NCBI GenBank assembly: GCA_040755855.1
Contig: JBFMAD010000003.1
Span: forward strand, 32,001-96,000
DNA length: 64,000 bases
Source: Planctomycetota bacterium
GTDB lineage: Bacteria > Planctomycetota > Brocadiia > JAADGH01
Reading direction: 5' to 3'
The notes under the pieces are model-generated. The model saw nothing but the letters and a program-made list of their open reading frames with translations, had not been told where the DNA came from and ran no database searches. Shown here piece after piece: positions 47,326 to 56,874 of the stretch. Every line of letters starts with the position of its first letter. The stretch's first letter is position 1. The translations under genes and the position numbers were made by a program.

Positions 47326-49917
47326 ATGGTCCGATTCGACAAATTCACAATCAAGGCACAGGAGGCCGTCCAGGCCGCGCAGCGTCTGGCCGAGGAGCGC
47401 CGCAACCAGGCGGTGGACACGCCGCATGTCCTTGCCGCGCTCCTCCAGGATACCGACGGCGTCATCGTGCCCATGCTCCAGAGGCTCGGCGCGGACCCAC
47501 GACGAATCGGCGCGGAGACCGAACGCGAGATTGAACGCCTCCCCAAGGTCAGTGGCGCATCCGACCAGGTTTACATGGCCCCCGACCTGAAGGGCGTCTT
47601 CGACACGGCCTTCGCGGAGGCTGAACGGCTTCACGACGAGTTCGTCAGCACCGAGCACATCCTCCTCGGCCTTGCCGACGGGACCGCCACGATCGCCGGC
47701 CGCATCCTCGCCGGCGCAGGCGTGAAAAAGGACGACATCTACAAGGCCCTTCAGGACGTCCGCGGCGGACAGCGCGTCACCGACCAGGCCCCGGAGCAAA
47801 AATACCAGGCCCTCGCCCGATACAGCCGCGACCTGACCGAGGCCGCGCAGAAGGGCAAGCTCGACCCCGTCATCGGCCGCGACGACGAAATCCGCCGCGT
47901 CATCCAGGTCCTCTCCCGGCGCACCAAGAACAACCCCGTCCTCATCGGCGAGCCGGGTACGGGCAAGACGGCCATCGTCGAGGGACTTGCCCAGCGCATC
48001 ATTGACGGCGACGTGCCGGAGGGACTGAAGGAGAAGCGCGTCGTCGCCCTCGACATGGGCGCGCTCATCGCCGGAACGAAATATCGCGGCGAGTTCGAGG
48101 ACCGCCTCAAGGCCGTGCTCAACGAGATCAAACGCGCCGAGGGGCGGATCATCCTCTTCATTGACGAGCTGCACACCGTCGTCGGCGCAGGGGCCGCTGA
48201 GGGCGCGGTGGACGCCGCGAACCTGCTCAAGCCCATGCTGGCCCGGGGCGAGCTGCGCTGCGTCGGCGCGACCACGCTCGATGAATACCGAGAGCACGTG
48301 GAGAAGGACGCCGCCCTCGAACGGCGGTTCCAGCCGGTCTATGTGGACCAGCCATCCGTCGAGGAGACCATCGCCATCCTGCGCGGACTCAAGGAGCGCT
48401 ATGAGGTCCACCACGGCGTCCGCATCCAGGACGCCGCGCTCGTGCAGGCGGCCGTGCTGAGCAACCGCTACATCGCCGACCGCTTCCTACCCGACAAGGC
48501 CATTGATTTGATTGACGAGGCCGCGTCGCGTCTGCGGATCGAGATTGACAGCAAGCCTGCCGAGCTGGATACCGTGGACCGGAAGGTCGTCCAACTCGAG
48601 ATCGAGCAGGCGGCACTGAAAAAGGAGAAGGACGCCGCGTCGAAGGAACGCCTAACGCAGATCGAGAGGCAGATCTCCGACCTCAAGGAGCAGTCCGCCG
48701 GCATGAGGACGCAGTGGGAAAACGAGAAGCGCGTCATCAAGGAGATTCAAGAGATCAAGGAGATGATCGACGAGGCGCAGGTCCGCTCGCAAAAGGCCGA
48801 GCGCGAGGGCGACCTGCAGAAGGCCGCCGAACTGCGATACGGCACGATCCGCGAGGCCGAGAAGTCCCTCGCGCAGAAGCAGGCCGATCTCGCCGAAATC
48901 CAGAAGGACCGCTCCCTGCTCAAGGAGGAGGTTGCCCCCGAGGACGTGGCGGCGGTCGTCGGCACATGGACCGGCATCCCCGTCTCGCGCCTCTTGGAGG
49001 GCGAGAAGGAAAAACTCCTCAAGATGGAGGAGCGCATGAGGCAGCGCGTCGTCGGCCAGGACGAGGCGCTCGAAGCAGTGGCCAACGCCGTCCGCCGAGC
49101 CCGGGCCGGCCTGCAGGACCCGCGCAAGCCCATCGGCACGTTCATCTTCATGGGACCCACCGGCGTGGGCAAGACGGAGCTGTGCAAGGCCCTGGCCGAG
49201 TTCCTCTTCGACGACGAAAACGCGATGGTCCGCATTGACATGTCCGAGTTCATGGAGCGCCACTCCGTCGCCCGACTCATCGGCGCGCCGCCGGGCTACA
49301 TCGGCTACGAGGAGGGCGGTCGTCTCACCGAGGCGATCCGCCGCCGACCGTACGCCGTGGTCCTGCTCGACGAGATCGAGAAGGCGCACCCGGACGTCTT
49401 CAACATCCTCCTGCAAGTCCTGGATGAGGGCCGACTCACCGACGGCCACGGCCGGACGGTGAATTTCAAGAACACCGTCGTCATCATGACCTCGAACATC
49501 GCCAGCCAGGCGATCCAGGAGTTCGCCGCCCGCGGCGATCAAGCCAAGTTGGAGGAGGTCGTGAGGGAGGCGCTGCGCGCCAGCTTCCGGCCCGAGTTCC
49601 TGAACCGCGTGGACGAGACCATCGTCTTCCACAACCTCACCCGCGAGCACCTGAAGCAGATCGTGGACATCCAGCTCAAGGACCTCAAGAAACGGCTGGA
49701 GGCGGAGAACTATCTTCTCGATGTCTCCGAGTCCGTCAAGACGATGCTCGCCGAGCGCGGCTACGACCCGACGTTCGGCGCGCGGCCGCTCCGCCGTCTC
49801 ATTCAGCAGGAGATCGAGAACCCGCTCTCGCTCCAGATCCTCGACGGCCACTTCCCGCCCAAGTCCACGATCCGTGTGGATATGAAGGGGGACCGGGTGG
49901 TGTTTAAGAAAGGCTGA
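47326..49917 (+). CDS. clpB: Disaggregase ClpB
   Basis: Two Walker A motifs ([16 protein letters not shown]), coiled-coil M domain, [13 protein letters not shown]. Confidence 0.98.
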   Translation: MVRFDKFTIKAQEAVQAAQRLAEERRNQAVDTPHVLAALLQDTDGVIVPMLQRLGADPRRIGAETEREIERLPKVSGASDQVYMAPDLKGVFDTAFAEAERLHDEFVSTEHILLGLADGTATIAGRILAGAGVKKDDIYKALQDVRGGQRVTDQAPEQKYQALARYSRDLTEAAQKGKLDPVIGRDDEIRRVIQVLSRRTKNNPVLIGEPGTGKTAIVEGLAQRIIDGDVPEGLKEKRVVALDMGALIAGTKYRGEFEDRLKAVLNEIKRAEGRIILFIDELHTVVGAGAAEGAVDAANLLKPMLARGELRCVGATTLDEYREHVEKDAALERRFQPVYVDQPSVEETIAILRGLKERYEVHHGVRIQDAALVQAAVLSNRYIADRFLPDKAIDLIDEAASRLRIEIDSKPAELDTVDRKVVQLEIEQAALKKEKDAASKERLTQIERQISDLKEQSAGMRTQWENEKRVIKEIQEIKEMIDEAQVRSQKAEREGDLQKAAELRYGTIREAEKSLAQKQADLAEIQKDRSLLKEEVAPEDVAAVVGTWTGIPVSRLLEGEKEKLLKMEERMRQRVVGQDEALEAVANAVRRARAGLQDPRKPIGTFIFMGPTGVGKTELCKALAEFLFDDENAMVRIDMSEFMERHSVARLIGAPPGYIGYEEGGRLTEAIRRRPYAVVLLDEIEKAHPDVFNILLQVLDEGRLTDGHGRTVNFKNTVVIMTSNIASQAIQEFAARGDQAKLEEVVREALRASFRPEFLNRVDETIVFHNLTREHLKQIVDIQLKDLKKRLEAENYLLDVSESVKTMLAERGYDPTFGARPLRRLIQQEIENPLSLQILDGHFPPKSTIRVDMKGDRVVFKKG

Positions 49918-50085
49918 ATGATGACATTCAGATGTCTGAACAGACGTCCGTCGACGCGGACGTCCGTCCGACGACGGACGCGCGGCAGCGATATGTCCCC
50001 TCCGTCCATCGTTACAGCATTGGACAATGGACAACTTGCAGCCGAGTGTCGACTGTTGGGAGACGCTGAATGCTCCACTCCGAGC
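49913..50085 (-). ncRNA. Candidate ~170-nt rod-shaped structured RNA
   Basis: Promoter TTCGCA-N17-TATAAT (50120-50092); nested end-to-end complementarity. Confidence 0.4.
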
Positions 50086-50178
50086 GAATATATTATACCC
50101 CACGTCTCCGACAATGCGAAGGAAAATCTCACGCAAAGGCGCGGTGGGCGGGAAAATGATGAAACAAGAATGACCGAC

Positions 50179-50211
50179 AAGACACGCTCAAACGAGTTTG
50201 AGCGTGGCACA
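50179..50211 (-). repeat. AAGACACGCTCAA..TTGAGCGTGGCACA palindrome copy
   Basis: CACGCTCAAA-CGAG-TTTGAGCGTG. Confidence 0.75.
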
Positions 50212-50249
50212 TGCGTTCGCTTGAGGAGCGATAACTCGTGGAGGCGGGA

Positions 50250-51308
50250 TCACAGGTGCAGGCGGACTAATTCGTTCTCGCGCAGGTTTCCGCGCGTGGC
50301 CCAGACCTCGCCCGTGGCCGGCTTGCAGACGATCGCCGCGCAGGTGGTAGCGTCCCCGCCCATCCGGCAAATGCAGGTCTGGAGGTTCGGCTCGCGGTCG
50401 GAGAGGCCGGCGATCACGAGGTCCATGTTGATCTTTTCCCCCAGAATCTCCGCGAGGCGCTTCTCGCGGTTGAGCGACGATGCCCCGGGCCTTTCCTGAC
50501 TCACCCCCTTGTCCACGAGCCGCGGGGCGCGGTAGTGATTGGCGTGGACGGCGACGGGCTTGTCCTGGTCAATGATCTCGTAGTCCGTGGCGGTGGTCTC
50601 GATGAAACAGATTCGCCCTTCCGCCGAGACAACGAAGTAGTTGTGCCCCGACGCCCTGTGCGCGGTGGTGATGGCCCCGACGGCGTCGTTGAACGTCCGC
50701 TGCGCCAGGGCGTGGTGGAGCATGGCCAGGTACATCACACCAGGGCGCGCGTCCCTGGGCACGAGGTTGTTGTTCCCGACGCCGATGCCTTCCTCATTGA
50801 TCCCGACAAGCGAGAGGCATCCCGTGGTCGTGACCGTCAGGGTCATGGGTGCATCATCGGGCCGGCGGAGGAAGGCGACGACGTACGGCTCGGCGTCGGC
50901 GTGCATGTCCCAGTTCTGGCCGAACCAGACCTGCCTGTCTTTCGTTCCGTTCCGGTTGGCGATGAACGCGGTGCATCCCCCTTTCCCCATGTTCTGCAGG
51001 GCAACATCCTTCAGATCGGTGAGGCCGTTGCCGATCATCAGCTCCTCGGACGGAACGCCCGACGCCTCGGCGATGCCCATGAATTCCTCGACCACCGGCC
51101 GCGAGTATCGCTCGTGGAAGGGCAAGTGCTCGGCGGCGAGGCGGAGCACCGCATCGCGGTCCGCCGCGATATGGCCTTCCCTCATCGCCTTGAGGAGCCT
51201 GCTCAGTCGGATGTCCACGAACTCGCGGATTTGACTGCGGAACATCTCTCCGTGCTGCCGCCCCATCTCGCGGGGCGCGCCTTTTATCTCGATCAGATCA
51301 ATCGGCAT
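50250..51308 (-). CDS. C45-family Ntn-hydrolase/acyltransferase
   Basis: GRQHGE, GG|CTAF autoproteolytic Cys, GQNWD, GINEEG, HANHY. Confidence 0.88.
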   Translation of the reverse strand: MPIDLIEIKGAPREMGRQHGEMFRSQIREFVDIRLSRLLKAMREGHIAADRDAVLRLAAEHLPFHERYSRPVVEEFMGIAEASGVPSEELMIGNGLTDLKDVALQNMGKGGCTAFIANRNGTKDRQVWFGQNWDMHADAEPYVVAFLRRPDDAPMTLTVTTTGCLSLVGINEEGIGVGNNNLVPRDARPGVMYLAMLHHALAQRTFNDAVGAITTAHRASGHNYFVVSAEGRICFIETTATDYEIIDQDKPVAVHANHYRAPRLVDKGVSQERPGASSLNREKRLAEILGEKINMDLVIAGLSDREPNLQTCICRMGGDATTCAAIVCKPATGEVWATRGNLRENELVRLHL

Positions 51309-51319
51309 CTCTTGATTCC

Positions 51320-51631
51320 TCAGTCGGCGCTTGGGGATTCAATGCGTTCCAGCGTGAAGACGACCGGCCGAAAGCCGTCGGTGCAGCAGGTGACGAAGCG
51401 TCCCTCTTTCACCCCCAGAAGGTTGCCGCCGCGGGCAAGGGTGAGGACGTATTTTTGGATGTCGGCCCATGCCCAACTGCAGAATCCCTCCGGCATGTTT
51501 GCGCCTTCCGATACGAATTCCTGTCCGTCACTCAGCCGGTTGCACGGCTTCCACTCATGCGTGCAATGCTCGTCTGCCAGGTCTTTGTGGAACAGGCGCT
51601 TCACCACCGTGATTCTGATTTTCGCGTTCAT
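51320..51631 (-). CDS. TIGR04076-like small Cys-rich protein
   Basis: KIRITVVK, PC...GQEF, PEGFCSWAW, CCTDGFRPVVFTLERI. Confidence 0.85.
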   Translation of the reverse strand: MNAKIRITVVKRLFHKDLADEHCTHEWKPCNRLSDGQEFVSEGANMPEGFCSWAWADIQKYVLTLARGGNLLGVKEGRFVTCCTDGFRPVVFTLERIESPSAD

Positions 51632-51662
51632 GCGACCTCCTTCTTTGCCCTCTCGTCATGCC

Positions 51663-52382
51663 TCAAGTAAACACGATGGCCGCACCGTTTGCGATGGAGA
51701 CGCGGCACGCCTCCATCAGGCAAACGCACGCAAGCGATTCCAATGCATACTGCAGCCATCGAGGAGCGCTTTGATCGTTATGGGGATGCTCGACCGCCTG
51801 CCAGAGATCCTCCGAGTCGGGGGCGAGGTCGTGCGGGACATCGAGCAGGTCGGCCAGCTCCGCACACTCTTCCAGCAAGACGGGGCTCGACCCCAGTCTC
51901 CCGCCTTCGATATCCAAAGCGGGATCGGAACGGATGACCTCCGCGAACTTCACCGGCAGGTAGTATCCCTCACCGTCGCTGTGGACCATGAGATGCTGGA
52001 ACCGCAACTTGCCGCGGCTCGTCCCGAAGATGAGGCGCCGGAGCCGGACGAGGGGCGTCGTCTCGATCTCGCGGTAGTAATCGACCACGACCGGATCGCG
52101 AGACCCATCGTCATGGCTTGGCGCCGGAATGCCATAGGCGAGCGCCTCGTACGCGGCGATTCGCCTCAGGCAGTGCAACGCCGCGCGGGGCAAATCGCAC
52201 CCCCACACGCCGGCCGGATTACCCTCCGGTTCACGATGGAGGGGCAGACCTGCGGCAGTCAGGGCGTGATTGATGGCCTCAAACTGGCCGCGGTAGTATT
52301 CGTATCCTTCGTTGTCGTTTGATTTGAGATCGGCCAGGATGCCGACCTCGAGTGCCAGTCCCATCAGTCGACTGCCTTCCAT
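51663..52382 (-). CDS. Hypothetical protein
   Basis: 239-aa ORF co-oriented with the downstream genes; HLMVHSDGEGYYLP; start may be the second Met (MGLALEVG). Confidence 0.7.
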   Translation of the reverse strand: MEGSRLMGLALEVGILADLKSNDNEGYEYYRGQFEAINHALTAAGLPLHREPEGNPAGVWGCDLPRAALHCLRRIAAYEALAYGIPAPSHDDGSRDPVVVDYYREIETTPLVRLRRLIFGTSRGKLRFQHLMVHSDGEGYYLPVKFAEVIRSDPALDIEGGRLGSSPVLLEECAELADLLDVPHDLAPDSEDLWQAVEHPHNDQSAPRWLQYALESLACVCLMEACRVSIANGAAIVFT

Positions 52383-52392
52383 CTGCCTCGAT

Positions 52393-52444
52393 CTGAACTC
52401 TGGCGAGTTCAGCTACTCCCGTAGCGGAAGTCGCCAGACTTCCG
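52393..52444. repeat. Back-to-back pair of GTAG-type REPs
   Basis: GAACTCTGGCGAGTTCAGCTAC-TCCC-GTAGCGGAAGTCGCCAGACTTCCG. Confidence 0.7.
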
Positions 52445-52791
52445 ACGAGGCCTGCTTTGGGGCCATGATAGCACACATGCGTAGGCGGGAGCAAAGGGGA
52501 ATGAAAAAGACCAAAGGCGTCGGCGGCACCGTCGAGCGCTCTGCGGCCGCGCGCGTGGGGGAATAGCGCTGTCTCCCGGCGACGCCCTTGGTGATAAGGC
52601 ATCCGTGCTGACTGCCTGTCGCCACACCAGGGGTCGCATATTGTGCGACATAGCGTCTTTCTTGTCAACAGAAAAATTTTCTTGTGAATTCATTGCTCCG
52701 ATGAAATTCCCTATTGTTCCCTGCTAAATCTTCGACTATAATCATGCCCGCACAATCAACAATAGCCAGCAAGCTGCAAGGAGGAATTCGC

Positions 52792-53526
52792 ATGGCGCGA
52801 GTGCTTTGCGTGACGCTGATCGCTGCTGCCTGTCTTTGCACGCCCGCCGTCGGCCAAAAGGAGGCCAACATGAGCGATAAACTCCTGTTCTACGAGGATT
52901 TTTCCCAAAAGATGGACAACTGGTGGGCCGAGGGGGGGGAGAAGGTCTGGATCCAGGACGGGCGACTGCACATGAAGGCCGATGGTCCGCAGGAGACTCA
53001 TCCCCAAGGCGGACACGTCTGCACGGTCTGGTGCAAAAAACAATTCCCCGGCGACATCACGGTCGAGTTCGACGCGCACGTGATCGAGTCGCGCATTGAC
53101 GCGAACAACATCAATTTCTTTATGTGTTATTCCGATCCATCCGGAAAGTCGTTGTATGATACCCGCGAGAGTCGCGCGGATGCCGCCTATAAGAAGTACC
53201 ACGACCTCACCGGATACATCTTCACATTTCTGAACGATTCCAAAAAGGAAGGCAGCGCGTATCCCGACGGCTCCACGAAGGCCCGCTTCCGCATGAGGCG
53301 GTGTCCCGGCTTCAATCTCATGACGGAGGCCTTCGGCTACCACTGCAAGAAGGGTCAGACCTATCACATCACGATTACGAAAAAAGGCGGGGACATCACA
53401 TTCGCCGTGGACGGCAAGGTGTATATGAGGGGACGCGACGACAATCCATTGACGGGCGGCCTCATCGGACTACGCACCTACCAGACGTATCTCTGGTGGG
53501 ACAATATCAAGGTCACACAGGAATAG
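52792..53526 (+). CDS. Secreted concanavalin/LamG-like beta-sandwich protein (DUF1961/DUF6250-like)
   Basis: Signal peptide, LLFYEDFS, GGLIGLRT...WWDNIKV. Confidence 0.7.
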   Translation: MARVLCVTLIAAACLCTPAVGQKEANMSDKLLFYEDFSQKMDNWWAEGGEKVWIQDGRLHMKADGPQETHPQGGHVCTVWCKKQFPGDITVEFDAHVIESRIDANNINFFMCYSDPSGKSLYDTRESRADAAYKKYHDLTGYIFTFLNDSKKEGSAYPDGSTKARFRMRRCPGFNLMTEAFGYHCKKGQTYHITITKKGGDITFAVDGKVYMRGRDDNPLTGGLIGLRTYQTYLWWDNIKVTQE

Positions 53527-53543
53527 ACAAAGGAGTGCATGAC

Positions 53544-53909
53544 ATGATTATCAAGAACATGATGGACGGCGAGAAATTCGACATGGGCCTCGGCGACACG
53601 CGCCGCGTGATCGGCCCATTCAACGGGGCGAAGAACATCACATTCAATTACGCAAAATTCGACCCCGGCGTCGCCTTCACCCAGCACGTGCACGACAAAT
53701 CTGAGGACCTCATCCTCGTCCTCGACGGCGACGGGGTCATCAAGTTGGACGACAAGGAGTTCCCCATCAAGAAATGGGATGTGATCCATGTCTCGGCCGG
53801 TGAGTTTCACGGCACGGTCGCCGGCCCCAACGGTCTCACCTGCGTCTCGTGCCAGGCCCCGCCGGACAAGAAGCTCTATACGGGCGAGAGAAACAAGCCG
53901 AGAAAGTAG
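53544..53909 (+). CDS. Cupin-domain protein
   Basis: HVHDKSED...GEFHG; AAGGAG RBS. Confidence 0.85.
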   Translation: MIIKNMMDGEKFDMGLGDTRRVIGPFNGAKNITFNYAKFDPGVAFTQHVHDKSEDLILVLDGDGVIKLDDKEFPIKKWDVIHVSAGEFHGTVAGPNGLTCVSCQAPPDKKLYTGERNKPRK

Positions 53910-53985
53910 CGGCGCAGTATCAGGGCCGATCTATTGTCTCCGACCATCGCCTCTCGCGCTGTCGCATTGCACAAAGGAGGGCTAA

Positions 53986-55065
53986 ATGAACGGACCATTG
54001 GCTGACCTGCCGAGGTTGAGAAACGTAAGGTCTCGTAGATTCTCAAGTTACGACACCACCGGCGGCAACGCCGACAACTGGATCTTCGAGCCGGGCCAGA
54101 CGCGAACCATTGCCGAGATGAAAGGCCCCGGTTGCGTTCGGCATATCTGGGTGACCATCGCCGGGCAGGAGGATTTCCATCTGCGCAAACTTGTCCTCCG
54201 CATGTATTGGGATGGTGAGAAGAATCCAAGCGTCGAGTCGCCCATCGGCGATTTCTTCGGCCTGGGTCATGGCACGGTCACATACTTCCAGTCCGCGCCG
54301 CTCCAGATGTTCGACCGCGCATTCAACTGCTGGTTCCCCATGCCCTATTCCGACGGTGCGCGGATTGACATCACCAATGATGGCGCGAAAAATGCCATTG
54401 TTTATTTTTACGTGGACTATCAGGAATACGATGGACCACAGGAGGACATGGGCCGCTTCCACGCGCATTGGCGTCGGCAGCTCGTCGAGCAGAAAGAGGA
54501 GGCCATCGGTCCCGACGCCCGCGGCCGCGACTCTCGCCTCAACACCACGGGCAAGGACAACTATCTCATCCTCGACGCGAAGGGCAAGGGGCACTACGTC
54601 GGCTGCCACATTGACCTGGATACCAACGAGCCGGGCTGGTGGGGAGAGGGCGACGATATGATCTTTGTGGACGGCGAGAAATGGCCGCCGAACCTCCACG
54701 GCACGGGCATGGAGGACTACTTCGCCGGCGCGTGGAACTACAACAGGCTCCATCAAACCTTTTGCACGCCGTACTACGGCTATCACTTCAAGGGCAACGA
54801 GGACTACACGGGCAAGCACTCGCAGTACCGCTACCACATCGAGGACCCGGTCTATTTCCAGAAGTCAATCCGCGTCACCATCGAGCACGGCCATGCCAAC
54901 GACCGCAGCGGCGACTGGACGAGCGTGGCCTACTGGTATCAGGCCGAGCCGCACAAGTCGTTCCCGAAGCTGCCCGACGTTGAGGGCCGCATCCCCTACA
55001 AGTACGGCGGGCGGGAAGACATGCGCGCGGGGAAGGATCGCCGAGAACTTCCCGTGAAACATTAG
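53986..55065 (+). CDS. DUF2961 / GH172 family glycoside hydrolase, no signal peptide
   Basis: SSYDTTGGNAD, GPGCVRHIWVT, WWGEGDD, GTGMEDYF, IEHGHAN, SVAYWYQ. Confidence 0.9.
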   Translation: MNGPLADLPRLRNVRSRRFSSYDTTGGNADNWIFEPGQTRTIAEMKGPGCVRHIWVTIAGQEDFHLRKLVLRMYWDGEKNPSVESPIGDFFGLGHGTVTYFQSAPLQMFDRAFNCWFPMPYSDGARIDITNDGAKNAIVYFYVDYQEYDGPQEDMGRFHAHWRRQLVEQKEEAIGPDARGRDSRLNTTGKDNYLILDAKGKGHYVGCHIDLDTNEPGWWGEGDDMIFVDGEKWPPNLHGTGMEDYFAGAWNYNRLHQTFCTPYYGYHFKGNEDYTGKHSQYRYHIEDPVYFQKSIRVTIEHGHANDRSGDWTSVAYWYQAEPHKSFPKLPDVEGRIPYKYGGREDMRAGKDRRELPVKH

Positions 55066-55108
55066 AACCCTATGCCGTAATATGATGCCATTTTGCGTAC
55101 ACGTTTTT

Positions 55109-55264
55109 AGGACAAAATTCACATTGGACACATAATACCACACTTCCTGTCTTCAGGAAGTGTGGTATACGTAGAAAGGAATTGTGCGAAGCGATATAGC
55201 CCCGCATCTGCGGGATAACTTCCGTCCTCGCGGGAAAAAATATGTCCAATGTGAATTTTGTCCT
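55109..55264. mobile_element. 156-bp MITE-like element with 22-bp perfect TIRs and an internal 15-bp hairpin
   Basis: AGGACAAAATTCACATTGGACA / TGTCCAATGTGAATTTTGTCCT; inner ATACCACACTTCCTG-TCTT-CAGGAAGTGTGGTAT. Confidence 0.6.
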
Positions 55265-55330
55265 CGGGTTGCAGGCGTAGCCCGCACTGATTTTGCCTAC
55301 AAAAGGGCTTATAACATTTTGAAGTATAAC

Positions 55331-56827
55331 ATGTTACGCCAAGACGCACGCGCCATTTGGGACGCCGCCGTCGCCGCGGTGAATCCGGACAAGCTCATCA
55401 AGGATGCCGTCCGCGTTGACGGAGATACCTTGGTGATCGGTCCGCGAAGATTCGCAATTGCGAAACTTAGGCGCATCGCCGTCGTCGGCTGCGGGAAGGC
55501 GGGGTCCGTCATGGCCCGCGCCATTGAGGACGCACTCGGCCCCGAGTTGATGGAGGCGAAGCAACTCGTGGGGTGGGTAAACGTGCCCGACGACCGTACG
55601 GGAAAACTCTCGCGCATCACCCTACACGGCAGCCGGCCGCCCGGCCACAACAGCCCCACAGACGCCGGAGTCCGGGGCACGGAGGAAATGCTGAATATTT
55701 TGAACGCGCTCTGCCCCACCGACCTTGCCATCTGCCTCATCAGCGGCGGCGGGTCGGCGCTCATGCCCGCGCCCGTCGCTCCAATTTCCCTTGAAGACAA
55801 GCAGGCCGTAACTGATCTATTGAGCAAGAACGGCGCGACGATCAACGAACTGAACGCCGTGCGCAAGCACCTGTCCAAGGTCAAGGGCGGACGCCTTGCC
55901 GCGGCAAGCTGCGCGGGCGAGACGATCAGCCTCATTATCAGCGATGTGGTCGGCAATCCGCTCGACGCCATCGCATCCGGTCCGACCGCGCCGGACCCGA
56001 CGACCTTCGCCGATGCCCTGGCGGTCTTCGACCGCCTCGGAGTGAGGGAGCAGGTTCCTGCGAGTGTCGTCAAGCATCTTGAGCGCGGCGCGGCCGGCGA
56101 GTTCCCGGAGACGATGAAGACCCTGCCCGACTCGGTGACAAACGTCATCATCGGCGACAATCGCATCGCCCTCCGAGCCGGGGAGGAAAAGGCGAGGGAG
56201 TTGGGGTACAACGTGCTGAACCTGGGCAGCCACATCGAGGGCGAGACGAAAGACGTCGGCATTGTCCATGCGTCACTCGCACTGAGCATCCGGAAGGACG
56301 CCACCCCCCTATCGCCCCCCGCCTGCATCCTCTCGGGCGGCGAGACGACGGTGTCGCACGTCGCCACTGGCGGCAAGGGGGGGCGGAATCAGGAGTTCGT
56401 CCTGGCCGCCCTAAGCCACATCCACAAAACTACCGTCTGTGGGGTTGTTGAAAAAGCCTATTCCTGTAGCCGCAGGCTTCAGCCTGCGGGGCCGTTGATG
56501 GGCCAAACCGCACCCATAAAGGGTGCGGCTACAGTTGACGATGGCCTTGCGGGGGTTTTTCAACAACCCCTCTGTCCCCATTTATGCCATTTATGTATCC
56601 TCTCCGGCGGGACGGACGGCGAAGACGGGCCGACCGACGCGGCCGGGGCGTTTGCCGATGAAGCGGTGCTCCATGAGATGCTTGAGAAGCGGCTTGCCCC
56701 GCAGGACTATCTCGCCTCCAGCCGGTCCTACGACTTCTTCGACCGACTCAACGCCCTCATCAAAACCGGCCTGACGCACACGAATGTGATGGATGTGCGG
56801 GTGGTGCTGGTTTGTGGGAAGAGCTAA
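55331..56827 (+). CDS. Glycerate 2-kinase (MOFRL/DUF4147 type) carrying an in-frame insertion
   Basis: GCGKA, LISGGGSAL, SDVVG..IASGPT, GGET, GGRNQE, GTDGEDG, TGLTHTNVMD. Confidence 0.93.
   Translation: MLRQDARAIWDAAVAAVNPDKLIKDAVRVDGDTLVIGPRRFAIAKLRRIAVVGCGKAGSVMARAIEDALGPELMEAKQLVGWVNVPDDRTGKLSRITLHGSRPPGHNSPTDAGVRGTEEMLNILNALCPTDLAICLISGGGSALMPAPVAPISLEDKQAVTDLLSKNGATINELNAVRKHLSKVKGGRLAAASCAGETISLIISDVVGNPLDAIASGPTAPDPTTFADALAVFDRLGVREQVPASVVKHLERGAAGEFPETMKTLPDSVTNVIIGDNRIALRAGEEKARELGYNVLNLGSHIEGETKDVGIVHASLALSIRKDATPLSPPACILSGGETTVSHVATGGKGGRNQEFVLAALSHIHKTTVCGVVEKAYSCSRRLQPAGPLMGQTAPIKGAATVDDGLAGVFQQPLCPHLCHLCILSGGTDGEDGPTDAAGAFADEAVLHEMLEKRLAPQDYLASSRSYDFFDRLNALIKTGLTHTNVMDVRVVLVCGKS
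56441..56570. mobile_element. 130-bp MITE with 15-bp TIRs, 5-bp target-site duplication and an internal GTAG REP pair
   Basis: TCTGT|GGGGTTGTTGAAAAA...TTTTTCAACAACCCC|TCTGT. Confidence 0.85.
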
Positions 56828-56874
56828 GCCTTCACCCACGGGATAGGGCACATCTGAACTTCCTCATATCCGTT

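Noticed and set aside
49913..50085. Firm call as 6S or SRP RNA
   Set aside because: It lacks the SRP GGAA-loop motif and a clear large central bubble; kept only as an unassigned candidate.
55184..55330. N-terminal extension of glycerate kinase
   Set aside because: It runs through the TIR element. Family similarity begins at ATG 55331.
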